Positions 46,180 to 56,396 of a stretch of 64,000 nucleotides of DNA are shown here, one piece after another. The stretch lies in NCBI GenBank assembly GCA_964416195.1, contig CAYQDB010000001.1, forward strand, positions 26,875-90,874. Reading direction: 5' to 3'. Numbering within the stretch: the stretch's first letter is position 1; every line of letters begins with the position of its first letter. The notes beneath the pieces were generated by a model. That model saw nothing but the letters and a program-made list of their open reading frames with translations, had not been told where the DNA came from and ran no database searches. This DNA comes from an uncultured Ignavibacteriales bacterium (lineage in GTDB: Bacteria; Zixibacteria; MSB-5A5; GN15; FEB-12). Made by a program: the position numbers and the translations under genes.

Positions 46180-46395
46180 ATGAGACGAGGTCTTCTCTTG
46201 CTACTGGTTGGCTTCGTTGCCTTTGTCGCTATGTCGACTCAGGCGCAGCAGCCAGATCCTGGCAGAGTGGACACAGTTGAGCTGGCGCTGACGGTAGGCC
46301 CGGACTTCAATGCCGGCCAGATGCAGGTGCAAGTTTATCATATAATATGTAGTAAAGAGTATGTTAAACGCTCAACCATTTATACCAACTGTTAA
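46180..46395 (+). pseudogene. Truncated secreted-protein gene (signal peptide plus first residues of a cohesin-like domain)
   Basis: GGAGG RBS, MRRGLLLLLVGFVAFVAMSTQA-QQPDPGRVDTV; sequence turns abruptly AT-rich near 46335 and stops. Confidence 0.6.
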
Positions 46396-46417
46396 CCAAG
46401 TCAAGAAGGAGTGCAAA

Positions 46418-49400
46418 ATGAAACGCATCTCATTTTTACTTGTATTCACTGCACTGATGGTTTTTTCATTCGGCCTAGTCCATGGCCAGTCTGAGGTCGT
46501 ACTGGATGTGGTTGAGGGTCTCTTTGGCAGTGCCACGAGCGACACAGTCGAAATTGACACCCCACTCAAGTTCACGTTTCGCTTAACCCAGAACACCGGG
46601 GATAGTCTTTTTGCCTTCACCCACGGTTTCCAGGTCTACACGAAACTGAGTGACGCTAATCCCGCCACCTCCGGTTACTTTGATGCGCCGTTTCTTGACA
46701 CTCTCCCAATAGGGCCGAGTGGCTGGTTCTACCACAGCATCTTCAATCCGAATGGTCATTTTGATGACATAATTTTTCAACAGTTCAGCCTCGACGGTCT
46801 GGGCCGAGACACCACTGCTGTCTCTGTTGTTTGGACGACGGGGAACGCACCCGGTTTTGAGACCGGCTACAGTGAGCAGGTCTGGTACATTGCAACACAA
46901 GGCCACACCAATGGGGATACTCTGTGTATTGACTCCTCATTCTTCCCTCCGGGCGGTGCCTGGCTGTGGTCACTCTCAGCGGGTACTCCGCCTACTCTAT
47001 CCCCGGACTGGTATGGTCCCTATTGCTATCACATTTATGACCCGACTGTGGTGCAGGCCAACCTGGTTGTGTCTCCACCGGTGTTGTATTTCGGCGCTAT
47101 TGAGGGTGGTTCCAATCCTGCTAACAGGACCTTCAACATCGGCTCTGACGGCAACCCGCTTGATTTCACCTTATCCAACCACGAAGGTTGGCTTTCGACC
47201 GTTCCCAGTGTGGGTACGACCGATGCTACAATCCAGGTCTCGGTGAACATTTCCGGCCTGAGTGCCGGCATCTATCTCGATACGATAACCGTTGTTTCTC
47301 CAACCGCTTCGAACTCGCCACAGTATGTGGAGGTGAATCTCGTGGTAATACCTGCGGGCGGTGTCAATGAGATCGTATTAGACGATGTGACCAATATCTT
47401 AGGCAGTCCGACAAGCGACACTATTGAAGCCGGGGGAATAACCAGGTTCACGTTTCGCCTGACCAACACTGCAGGGCTTGATACCATTTACGGTATGAGC
47501 AATGGTTTTGAGGTTTATGAGAAAAATGGCGGCAATTACTATCCTATCACCGGTGACACATTGGCTTCCGTTGGATTTAAGAACAGGTTCGATCTCGGGT
47601 TTTGGATACAGACTTATAGTGCGACTGGTTCGGGCTGCGACACTATCGGTTTCGGTGGGGCAGCGATGTCTGGCTCTGGCATTGGATATAGTTTTTCTGA
47701 ACCGGTCTGGTGGATAGAGACAGGCAGCGACAATGGTGGCGACACTCTTTGCATAGACTCATCGTTCTTTCCACCCTCCGGTACCTGGGTGTGGGGGGTG
47801 AAGTCTGATGGGATCATAGTCCCTGATTGGGGTGGCCCTTACTGTTTCCATGTGGAACAGGCACCCTCACCGCCCCAGTATCTGTACATCACGCCTAACA
47901 TTCTGTATTTCACAGCTGCTGAAGGTGGTGCTAATCCCGACAGTCAGGCGTTCAATGTCATTGAGATCGGCGGGGCGGTAATTCCTTTTGCTGTTTCTGA
48001 GACATCAAGCTGGTTTGATCTTAACAAATCAGGCGGCACTACCCCTGATTCGGTTTATGTGACTGTTGATATCAGCTCACTGGTTGCCGGTCACTATCAT
48101 GACACAGTGGTAGTCTCCTCTGGTGAGGCTGCCAATTCGCCTCAGCTTGTCTTTATAGACCTTATTGTAACAGGTGGCTGTGGCGGCGACGAGTATTATG
48201 TCTTTGCCGATTTTGATGTAGATGGCTATGCGTGTGAAGGTTACTGGATAGATGACACCACCGGCCATTTGTACGTGGATAATGGTGGAGACTGCTATGT
48301 ATACCTGGTGTCGATTCCGGCAGGCTCCGATCCTGACCAGCACCCGGACAACCCCTGGAATCCTGGTCCAATGGCTCCGAGGACTTTGACCCTGATCGAA
48401 ACATATGACTTCAGTGCTGATTGCGGTTGGAGTGGGAGCCATCATGCTGAGTTCTATGTAAATGATAACTATATTTACTATGGACCGGACGATTATGGAG
48501 CCGGAGGGATTGAAAAATGGTACAAAAATCCCGACGGGACTTTTGGAGCTTATATCGGAAGGGAACCTATTCCTGTTCCACCCAGCAATGGCGAGACATT
48601 TGGGTACGATGCCATCAACCATGTGTGGTATACCTGTACCCGTGGGAGGGATGTGTATAGTTTCGAGGCCGGCGTTGATGTGGCCTGGCAGTATGAGTTT
48701 ACCTATCCCAGTTATGCCGGCAGCCATCACGATGGTCTGGAGTTTGTCGGCGGTTACCTGTGGGTTTCGGATATGACCTCGGATTCCATAGGTCAATGGT
48801 TGGACAGCTCCGGAATATGGATCGAGAAACATCGCTTCGGATACAGTCACCCTTCGCCTGTTGAGGGAATGGGCTATGGGCCGATGGGACACTTCTGGGT
48901 CACCAGTGGTACTAGTCTCTACGAAATTGGTGGAGGCTGGATCGGTTTTGTAGTACCCGGCATCCCGGACCAGTGCATACATATGGGCGAATCATTCCAG
49001 TCCTTTGACCTTGATGACCATGCTGTCGGTGTTCCCCCTATTACTTGGAGCTGGTCCGGCAACACCGATATTACCATCACTAAAGATTCAGAGAACGTGG
49101 TCACACTTACGTATCCTGAGGGATGGTGCGGCTATGAGAAGGTCACTTTCACAGTGACTGATGGCTGCGGACGCACCGCCCAGACGACACCGGTGTTTGC
49201 GGTGCTGCCCGAGCACTTTGTGCTCGATATACCTAACCAGAATGCGCCGTTCGAGTCCTTCGATCTGGATGACTATGTGGATACATCGTGTGGAATAGAC
49301 CCTGCGAAGATTGTCTGGAGTTACTCAGGTAACACCTTTTTTGTCGTTGATATTGATCCGGTTACTCACCTGGCCACCGTTACCAATCCCCTCGATTCAA

Positions 49401-50971
49401 CCCGGCCGGAAACGATCACGTTCACGGCCCAGTACCTGTGTGCAGAAAACAGTGACGAGGCGACATTTGCTCCGGTTCCGGGCATCACACCCACCTACGA
49501 ATGGATCAACATTTACTGTGACAAACCTCACCTGAACGGCGTGTCTCTTGCCCCGGGTGATGTCATTACCGCCTACGATCCCGACGGTGTGCTGTGCGGC
49601 ATGGATGTTGTCCGAGCGGACGGCTCGTTTGGATTTATGCCGATCTATCGTGACGACATATACTCCGCTGCTGACGAAGGGGCAGACCCCTGTGATATCA
49701 TTACACTCATGATCAACGGCGAAGAGGTCTACCCGGATCCGCTTGTCATATGGACGTCCAACGGAGACGAGTTCCAGGTCTGTGAGTTCAGCACCTGTGT
49801 GTATATCCACCTGCATAAGGGCTGGAATCTGATTTCGTGGAACGTGACCTATAGCGCCGGCATTGACGAGATCATGGCACAACTCGGCAAGTGCACTTGC
49901 GTCGAAGTCATCTTGGGCTTTGACCAGGGAGCGCTGACGTACGATCCTGACCTGCCGGAATTCTCGACACTCCTTGATGTAGATTACTACCACGGCTACT
50001 GGTTTAAGATGAATTGCGATGCGATGCTGGAGATCTGCGGTCCGCCGATTGATCCGAGAGAGAGTATTGTCATTTATAGTGGCTGGAACCTTGTCAGCTA
50101 CTGGCCCAATGAGACGCTCTCGGTTGAGGATGGATTTGCGTCAATCTTGGATAATCTACTTGTTGCTCTCGGGTACGATTACGGCGGTCTGACATGGCTT
50201 CCCGGAGATACCTTGTTCAACACTCTAAAGGAGCTGAAACCATTATTTGGTTACTGGGCTAAATCTTCGGCGGACGACGTACTGGTCTATCCCGGATTCA
50301 TTGCTCCACCGTTTGCAACCACCAAAGACCAGGATGGTTCTCAGATAGCAGCCACTGCTGTGATCTCCTCGCGCGCCTGGGTATCGCTATACGGAGCTGG
50401 TATTACCCTCGACGGCATGGAGCTTACTTCGGGCTCGGCTATCGAGGCGTATACAAAAGACGGCGTCCGCTGCGGCAGTTCTCACTATGGCGACGGCCTT
50501 CTGAAGTTCTCACCGGTCTATGGGTACGATCCGCTGGGCGAAGTAACAGCCAACTACCCGAAAGATGGCGATGCTGTCACTCTCTATGTTGACGGCAGCA
50601 GAGTCTATCCGGATGTTGAGTGGGCTGATCACAGCAGCCGCGTTCGGATTGACAACTTGTTCAGCACTGCTGCGGGGACAGGTATACTGCCTGATGATTA
50701 TGCATTGATGCAGAACTACCCCAACCCGTTTAATCCGGCTACTGAGATTGCCTTCAATCTGCCTACGGCGGGTCATGCAACCCTGGAGATCTTCAACGTG
50801 CTGGGCCAGCGAGTGACGACGTTGACAGATGGTGTTCTTGACGCCGGCGAGCATGTTCTTATATGGGATGGCACCGATGCTGATGGTAATGCGGTGTCAT
50901 CCGGTATCTATCTCTACCGCTTGCAGGCAGGCGACTTTGTCGACACCAAGAAGATGATGTTGGTGAAGTAA
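46418..50971 (+). CDS. Large modular secreted protein (duplicated N-terminal module + BACON-like domains, propeller, Ig-like repeats, FlgD-like C-terminal sorting domain)
   Basis: Two copies of DTLCIDSSFFPP...PDWxGPYC and of F(G/T)AxEGGxNP; GWNL(I/V)S repeats; NYPNPFNP...DTKKMMLVK. Confidence 0.85.
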   Translation: MKRISFLLVFTALMVFSFGLVHGQSEVVLDVVEGLFGSATSDTVEIDTPLKFTFRLTQNTGDSLFAFTHGFQVYTKLSDANPATSGYFDAPFLDTLPIGPSGWFYHSIFNPNGHFDDIIFQQFSLDGLGRDTTAVSVVWTTGNAPGFETGYSEQVWYIATQGHTNGDTLCIDSSFFPPGGAWLWSLSAGTPPTLSPDWYGPYCYHIYDPTVVQANLVVSPPVLYFGAIEGGSNPANRTFNIGSDGNPLDFTLSNHEGWLSTVPSVGTTDATIQVSVNISGLSAGIYLDTITVVSPTASNSPQYVEVNLVVIPAGGVNEIVLDDVTNILGSPTSDTIEAGGITRFTFRLTNTAGLDTIYGMSNGFEVYEKNGGNYYPITGDTLASVGFKNRFDLGFWIQTYSATGSGCDTIGFGGAAMSGSGIGYSFSEPVWWIETGSDNGGDTLCIDSSFFPPSGTWVWGVKSDGIIVPDWGGPYCFHVEQAPSPPQYLYITPNILYFTAAEGGANPDSQAFNVIEIGGAVIPFAVSETSSWFDLNKSGGTTPDSVYVTVDISSLVAGHYHDTVVVSSGEAANSPQLVFIDLIVTGGCGGDEYYVFADFDVDGYACEGYWIDDTTGHLYVDNGGDCYVYLVSIPAGSDPDQHPDNPWNPGPMAPRTLTLIETYDFSADCGWSGSHHAEFYVNDNYIYYGPDDYGAGGIEKWYKNPDGTFGAYIGREPIPVPPSNGETFGYDAINHVWYTCTRGRDVYSFEAGVDVAWQYEFTYPSYAGSHHDGLEFVGGYLWVSDMTSDSIGQWLDSSGIWIEKHRFGYSHPSPVEGMGYGPMGHFWVTSGTSLYEIGGGWIGFVVPGIPDQCIHMGESFQSFDLDDHAVGVPPITWSWSGNTDITITKDSENVVTLTYPEGWCGYEKVTFTVTDGCGRTAQTTPVFAVLPEHFVLDIPNQNAPFESFDLDDYVDTSCGIDPAKIVWSYSGNTFFVVDIDPVTHLATVTNPLDSTRPETITFTAQYLCAENSDEATFAPVPGITPTYEWINIYCDKPHLNGVSLAPGDVITAYDPDGVLCGMDVVRADGSFGFMPIYRDDIYSAADEGADPCDIITLMINGEEVYPDPLVIWTSNGDEFQVCEFSTCVYIHLHKGWNLISWNVTYSAGIDEIMAQLGKCTCVEVILGFDQGALTYDPDLPEFSTLLDVDYYHGYWFKMNCDAMLEICGPPIDPRESIVIYSGWNLVSYWPNETLSVEDGFASILDNLLVALGYDYGGLTWLPGDTLFNTLKELKPLFGYWAKSSADDVLVYPGFIAPPFATTKDQDGSQIAATAVISSRAWVSLYGAGITLDGMELTSGSAIEAYTKDGVRCGSSHYGDGLLKFSPVYGYDPLGEVTANYPKDGDAVTLYVDGSRVYPDVEWADHSSRVRIDNLFSTAAGTGILPDDYALMQNYPNPFNPATEIAFNLPTAGHATLEIFNVLGQRVTTLTDGVLDAGEHVLIWDGTDADGNAVSSGIYLYRLQAGDFVDTKKMMLVK

Positions 50972-51005
50972 GCCCGCTACTGACACTTCATAGGACTTCA
51001 TAGAA

Positions 51006-51046
51006 CCGGCCATCCTTGCTGATGCAAGGGTGGCCGGACTGCTTTT
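51006..51046 (+). terminator. Rho-independent terminator
   Basis: CCGGCCATCCTTGC-loop-GCAAGGGTGGCCGG then CTGCTTTT. Confidence 0.75.
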
Positions 51047-51159
51047 GACAGTGTGGAAATATCTAACCGACAAAAAGGACTTGCTTTGGGCTCAGGACCC
51101 CTACTATTTGCTGGCAAGCTGGATGTGAACTTGTTGGCTTGACAACACCTTATGTGACC

Positions 51160-52833
51160 ATGGCATCTCAGACTAACGTTACGGAAATAGTGGAACGCTT
51201 CAGAAAAGGAGGCATAGCACCGCGGGCAATGGAGATCATCACTCTGGTGGTCCCATTTCTGCTTTATCTGTATCTTACTCTATCTCTTTCCGGGTGGATT
51301 ATGGACGACGCGGGAATCTCTTTTGCCTATGCCAGGAATCTGGCCCATGGACACGGGTTAGTCTCTCAGCCTGGTCTTGCGCCGGTGGAAGGATATTCCA
51401 ATTTCCTGTGGGTTATTCTCATGGCCCCCTTTTTTCTGTTCAACATTTTTGATCCGTTCATAACGTCTAAGACAGTAAGCCTGGTCCTGGTAGGGATAAC
51501 ATTCTATTACCTTAATAAGTCCATGATCTACTTGACAGGCGGCAATTTACTGGCTTCTTTCACTGCCCTGACATGTTTGGCGTTGAACACTTCATTCACT
51601 GTCTGGACCTGCTCCGGTTTGGAAAATCCCTTGCTTATAGCTCTAATAACAGTACTGTTTTACCAGCAGCTTTCGTACATAGATAAAAAGTATTTACCAA
51701 AGCTCACTCCTTTTGTTTCGGGCTTACTGGTCGGCGGCATTGCCATGACTCGCCCTGATGGCATCATGTACGTTTTTGTCTTCCCATTTACAATTGCGCT
51801 TGGGTTTTTCTCGAAGGAGCGACCAAGTGTCGGTGTACTGCTGAGGGCTTTCTCTGTACATGCGGCTACGCTCATTGTGGTGTATGGAGGTTTCATACTC
51901 TTTCGCTACCTGTACTTTGGGGAATTCTTACCAAACACGTATTATGCAAAAGGTGGGCCGTCACTGGGCATGTTAGTTCCCGCCCTCACCATGCAGGCGA
52001 AGTACCTAACCAAGTTTCAACAGCTTGCAGCCAGTGTGCTGGGGGCACGATGGTGGTGGGCAGTGCCGGTCGTATGGATCTCTTTGCTTACCCTTGCGCT
52101 CTCCAGAAAAGGGCGTTGGCGTGAGTACCTTCTTCTATTGGCAATGGTTTTCGCAGCAGGGTTTACTTACCTTATCATGCCAAATGATTGGATGGGAGAG
52201 TATCGTTTTGCGACACCGTTCTTTCCATTTGTGTCCTGCTGCTTTATTCTGCTTGGTAACTTTCTTATCACTGGCTTGCCGCGAGGAGCATGGCGCTGGA
52301 TACTTAGTAGTCTTTTACTTATGGGAATTCTTTATTTCTCGGTGGCTACACACTTGCCTCGCTTGGAAAAGTTCTCCTTGAGAAAGGCGGTGAATTTTAC
52401 ACGTATTGCCAGAGCATATGGTGAGAGGTTCAACAATTTTGCCGAGTTTCTCCAGCTTGAGAATGCCTCGTTCTTGGTGCCCGACATCGGTGGGACGCTG
52501 TACTATTCCAAATTGCGTATCTATGATCTGGCGGGGCTCTGTGACAAGACAATCGCCCGGACGCGAGGTAAAGATCAGCAGCGCTTTTACGATTATGTCT
52601 TTGATTCGCTGAAACCAACCTTTATCCATACTCACGGATATTTCACCGGCGTGTCAAAATTCGACGACGACCCCAGATTCCGGCGCGACTATGTGGCTAT
52701 AAAGGAATACCAGGATAAGTACGTTGAGAGGAAGTATAAAGCGTCGCGCATCTCCGGCAATTTCGTCAGGCGCGATCAGATACAGGGGCGAGAGGCTCAA
52801 CTGGACTCCCTGCGTCAGGGGCACCTGCCATAG
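51160..52833 (+). CDS. Polytopic membrane glycosyltransferase (GT-C fold, arabinofuranosyltransferase-like); start uncertain
   Basis: MDDAGISFAYARNLAHGHG, PVEGYSNFLW, TRPDG and LPNTYYAK motifs. Confidence 0.7.
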   Translation: MASQTNVTEIVERFRKGGIAPRAMEIITLVVPFLLYLYLTLSLSGWIMDDAGISFAYARNLAHGHGLVSQPGLAPVEGYSNFLWVILMAPFFLFNIFDPFITSKTVSLVLVGITFYYLNKSMIYLTGGNLLASFTALTCLALNTSFTVWTCSGLENPLLIALITVLFYQQLSYIDKKYLPKLTPFVSGLLVGGIAMTRPDGIMYVFVFPFTIALGFFSKERPSVGVLLRAFSVHAATLIVVYGGFILFRYLYFGEFLPNTYYAKGGPSLGMLVPALTMQAKYLTKFQQLAASVLGARWWWAVPVVWISLLTLALSRKGRWREYLLLLAMVFAAGFTYLIMPNDWMGEYRFATPFFPFVSCCFILLGNFLITGLPRGAWRWILSSLLLMGILYFSVATHLPRLEKFSLRKAVNFTRIARAYGERFNNFAEFLQLENASFLVPDIGGTLYYSKLRIYDLAGLCDKTIARTRGKDQQRFYDYVFDSLKPTFIHTHGYFTGVSKFDDDPRFRRDYVAIKEYQDKYVERKYKASRISGNFVRRDQIQGREAQLDSLRQGHLP

Positions 52834-52854
52834 GCTTGCACGGTTAACAGCAAG

Positions 52855-52883
52855 AAAAACCGCCCCGGAGCCGGGACGGTTTT
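52855..52883. terminator. Bidirectional terminator
   Basis: AAAAACCGCCCCGG-loop-CGGGACGGTTTT between convergent genes. Confidence 0.7.
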
Positions 52884-52906
52884 GATATCGGTAGTAATCG
52901 TCTTGC

Positions 52907-53761
52907 TTAGTTAAGATAGGCGCGAAGGGATCGACTGCGTGAGGCATGACGCAGCCGCCGGATCGCCTTCTCCTTAATTTGACGCACGCGTTCGCGGGTC
53001 AGTGAGAACCGAGCGCCGATTTCCTCAAGCGTCAGCGCCTTTTCATAGCTGAGTCCGAAGTAGAGGTTGATGACCTCGGCTTCACGCGCTGTGAGGCTGT
53101 CAAGCGCTTTGTCGATCTCAACTCGCAGCGAGCCTTTCAGCAACGCCTCGTCGGGTGACGGCTGGAATTCGTCTTCGAGGACATCGATAAGCGAATTATC
53201 CTCGGAAGCCGCAAAGGGAGCGTCGAGAGAGAGGTGCGAGTTGGAAATCTTAAGCGTGTCGGACACCTCACCTGCTGTTAATTCCAGCTCGTTGGCAATT
53301 TCCTCCGGTGAGGGAACCCGCCCTAGTCCCTGTTCGAGTCGGCTGGAGATTTTACCGATCTTGTGAAGGGTGCCGACGCGGTTGAGCGGCAGTCGGACAA
53401 TACGGCTCTGCTCGGCCAACGCCTGCAGAATCGCCTGCCTTATCCACCACACTGCATAGCTGATAAACTTGAATCCCCGGGTCTCATCAAACCTTTTGGC
53501 CGCCTTGATTAGGCCGATATTGCCTTCATTAATTAAATCGGCCAGGGAGAGACCCTGATTCTGGTACTGTTTGGCAACCGAAACGACGAAGCGCAGATTG
53601 GCCTTGGTCAGTTTTTCCAGGGACCTTTTATCGCCCTGCTTGATTTTTCGGGCCAGACGCACTTCTTCTTCGGCGTTAATAAGAGGTGTTTCCCCTATTT
53701 CGCGCAAATACATGTCTAACGACCGGTCTTCATCGCGATATTTGAGGGATTGTTTAGCCAC
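52907..53761 (-). CDS. RNA polymerase sigma-70 factor (short RpoD/SigA-like)
   Basis: [60 protein letters not shown]. Confidence 0.95.
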   Translation of the reverse strand: MAKQSLKYRDEDRSLDMYLREIGETPLINAEEEVRLARKIKQGDKRSLEKLTKANLRFVVSVAKQYQNQGLSLADLINEGNIGLIKAAKRFDETRGFKFISYAVWWIRQAILQALAEQSRIVRLPLNRVGTLHKIGKISSRLEQGLGRVPSPEEIANELELTAGEVSDTLKISNSHLSLDAPFAASEDNSLIDVLEDEFQPSPDEALLKGSLRVEIDKALDSLTAREAEVINLYFGLSYEKALTLEEIGARFSLTRERVRQIKEKAIRRLRHASRSRSLRAYLN

Positions 53762-53843
53762 TATCTCTGACTGTCTCCTTCCACCTATATGTTGTTCTTC
53801 GACCGCCTCCGTCGGGCAAGTCGCTTAGACGTTTAAACTCATG

Positions 53844-55343
53844 CTATCTCTGCCTGATGACTTTTCTGGCAATGGTCCCGTCAGGTTCCTGTACAATTAA
53901 AGGAATCCTGCCGGTGTTTCCTTCCAGCTTTTGGGCGATTTTCTCCACATCCTCAAGAGATTTTGTGGTTGTCTTGGCAATCTGCAAAACTATGGTACCA
54001 GGTGTAATCGATGCCCAGTCAGCCGGACTGTTAGCATGCACCCGCTTAACGTAAACTCCGTCGACATGTTCAATAGAAAGGGCACGGGCAATATCTGGTG
54101 TGAAATCTATCAGTTCCATACCCATCCAAGCTACTGCCTGAAAATCATCCTGGTTCTTTTCGCGTTGCAAGGAGGCCAGGAACGTATCCCGATCAGTGAT
54201 GCCGGTAGTTAACTTCAACTGTTCTCCGTCACGAACAACCTCTACCGGAATTGAGGACTCGTTACTAGTAACCGTCGAAACAAGGACCGCTAGTTGATTG
54301 ACGTTGTCAACCGGCTGGTTATTGAAGCCGACAATAATATCGCCTCGTTCGATGCCGGCTTGGGCAGCAGGCGAGTTAGCAATTACCGAGTCAATTTTTA
54401 CCCCTTTCACTGCATCCAGTCCTTCTCGTTTGGCGTCTCGTTCCGTCACGTTGGACAGCATGACTCCCAGCCAGCCGCGGTGTGGCTTGCCGGAGGCGAT
54501 AAGATCTGGAACCACCGCCCGGGCCAGATTGATGGGAACAGCGAAACCGATTCCCACCGAGCCGCCTGTCGGAGTAGAGATAGCGGCGTTGACCCCGATG
54601 CACTCACCCTGGAGATTCAGCAATGGACCCCCGGAGTTGCCGGGATTGATCGAGGCGTCGGTCTGGATGTAATACTGGTAGTTTGGTGTTTCCCGTCCGA
54701 AGTTCAAGTTGCTGCGCCCCTTGGCTGAAATGACCCCGACCGTTACTGTTCTATCAAGCCCCTGTTGGGGAAACGGATTTCCGATAGCAATTGCCCAATC
54801 ACCTACCTTCAGCGCGTCCGAATCGCCAAAGGGAATGGGGGTAATCTCCTCTTCCGGATCAACTTTCAGCACCGCCAGGTCAGTCTCGGGATCGGTGCCG
54901 ACCACATGGGCCTCGTAGACATACCCAGAGGCCGTTCGGACCGCCAGTTTTACTGCTCGCTTCACCACATGGTTGTTGGTCAGGATATAACCATCTTTGC
55001 GAAAGAAGAACCCCGAACCTGACGATGTGCCGTAGGCCGAACCGCCGTACCACCAGGGGAGCCTTTCTTCACGGGTACGCGCAGAAATGTTTACAACCGC
55101 ATCCTGCGCTTTCTCAACCACGGCCACAAAGGGTGACTCAAGCTTACCGGCGTGCTCTACAACGGGATAGTGACCGGCCTGCACTACGTCACTCTGGGGG
55201 TCGGCTACCGCTCGCGGAGAGAGATCAAAACGCGCCGCGATTAGAACCCCGATAAAAATACACAAAGCTGCCACGAGGGTAATAGCGGCCGCCTTAGACC
55301 CCTTCTTGTTTGTGGCAGAGCGGGGAGAAAAATGCTCGTTCAA
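53844..55343 (-). CDS. degP: HtrA/DegP-family serine protease with two PDZ domains
   Basis: ILTNNHV, DLAVLK and INPGNSGGPL catalytic triad motifs; N-terminal TM. Confidence 0.92.
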   Translation of the reverse strand: MNEHFSPRSATNKKGSKAAAITLVAALCIFIGVLIAARFDLSPRAVADPQSDVVQAGHYPVVEHAGKLESPFVAVVEKAQDAVVNISARTREERLPWWYGGSAYGTSSGSGFFFRKDGYILTNNHVVKRAVKLAVRTASGYVYEAHVVGTDPETDLAVLKVDPEEEITPIPFGDSDALKVGDWAIAIGNPFPQQGLDRTVTVGVISAKGRSNLNFGRETPNYQYYIQTDASINPGNSGGPLLNLQGECIGVNAAISTPTGGSVGIGFAVPINLARAVVPDLIASGKPHRGWLGVMLSNVTERDAKREGLDAVKGVKIDSVIANSPAAQAGIERGDIIVGFNNQPVDNVNQLAVLVSTVTSNESSIPVEVVRDGEQLKLTTGITDRDTFLASLQREKNQDDFQAVAWMGMELIDFTPDIARALSIEHVDGVYVKRVHANSPADWASITPGTIVLQIAKTTTKSLEDVEKIAQKLEGNTGRIPLIVQEPDGTIARKVIRQR

Positions 55344-55374
55344 GTAACCCAGTCCTCCAACCAGATAACCTTGT

Positions 55375-55403
55375 ATAATACCATCTAATAAATCCTATGT
55401 CAA
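55375..55403 (-). promoter_or_regulatory. Sigma-70 promoter for the HtrA gene
   Basis: TTGACA-17 nt-TATTAT on the minus strand. Confidence 0.7.
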
Positions 55404-55686
55404 GAAGAATCTTTCCACTAACTGCATTCCTTTCACTCTTTATAACGCACAACAACAGGCTTTGATTCAATAAAATCTTCCTTGCTTATCAAACACTGTG
55501 GCTACTCTCACCATTTCACCGCAGATGCCATCCTATTACCAAACAATGAATTAACAATGCGAACAAGACATCTCCGTCCATAAGGCATTTCTACCGCTCA
55601 AGTTGCGGCAAGCTCGCCCTGCATCATCATGGCTGAACCTATCCCCTAACCTTCCGGTGTAATTCGCCTCAGACAGCCCCAAGTTG

Positions 55687-55715
55687 TTGACAACGTTTGA
55701 AAAGCTCACTAATTT
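55687..55715 (+). promoter_or_regulatory. Sigma-70 promoter for the aldolase-fol-panB operon
   Basis: TTGACA-17 nt-TAATTT, 9 nt before the ATG. Confidence 0.6.
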
Positions 55716-55724
55716 GCGCCAGTT

Positions 55725-56384
55725 ATGGCATCACCTTTCAGTCTTGGCAAGGCCATCGTCAATACCGCACGGCAGCTTTATGAGCGCGGCATGCTCGTGG
55801 GTACTGAGGGCAATATCTCTGCCCGTCTTGATGACAACCGAATTATGATTACCCCTTCGGGTCTGGCGAAGGGTGGACTGTCCCCTGAAGATATGGTTAT
55901 TGTTGACATTAACGGTAAGCAGTTGCAGGGCCGGAACCAGCCTTCCTCGGAACTGCTGATGCACCTATATGTCTACAAGACCAGGCCCGATGTAGGAGCT
56001 TGCGTTCACTCGCACCCACCCTATACGACGGCTTTCGCAGTCGCAGGCATTCCTTTGGCGGAGGATGTTCTTCCAGAAGTCGTTCTTTTCATCGGTAGTA
56101 TTCCTCTAACTGACTATGCCATGCCCGGCACTGATGCCGTGCCAGAATCGCTTGCTCCGTATGCTGAAACCGGCAGCGCCTTTGTTTTGCGAAATCATGG
56201 CCTTTTAACTGTCGGTTGCACCCTTGAGGAAGCCTTCAATTGCCATGAAACAGTGGAGCATTATGCCCATATCCTGTTTCTTGCACGGCAGCTTGGCAAC
56301 ATTGAGACGATTCCGCCCGATGACTTCAGGCGGCTGGAGGAAATGCGGCGCAAGTTTGAGAAAACTTGGAGCAACAAACCCTGA
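55725..56384 (+). CDS. Class II aldolase/adducin family protein
   Basis: GNISAR, ITPSG, PSSELLMH, VHSHPPY and LRNHG. Confidence 0.92.
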   Translation: MASPFSLGKAIVNTARQLYERGMLVGTEGNISARLDDNRIMITPSGLAKGGLSPEDMVIVDINGKQLQGRNQPSSELLMHLYVYKTRPDVGACVHSHPPYTTAFAVAGIPLAEDVLPEVVLFIGSIPLTDYAMPGTDAVPESLAPYAETGSAFVLRNHGLLTVGCTLEEAFNCHETVEHYAHILFLARQLGNIETIPPDDFRRLEEMRRKFEKTWSNKP

Positions 56385-56396
56385 GACTATTATACC

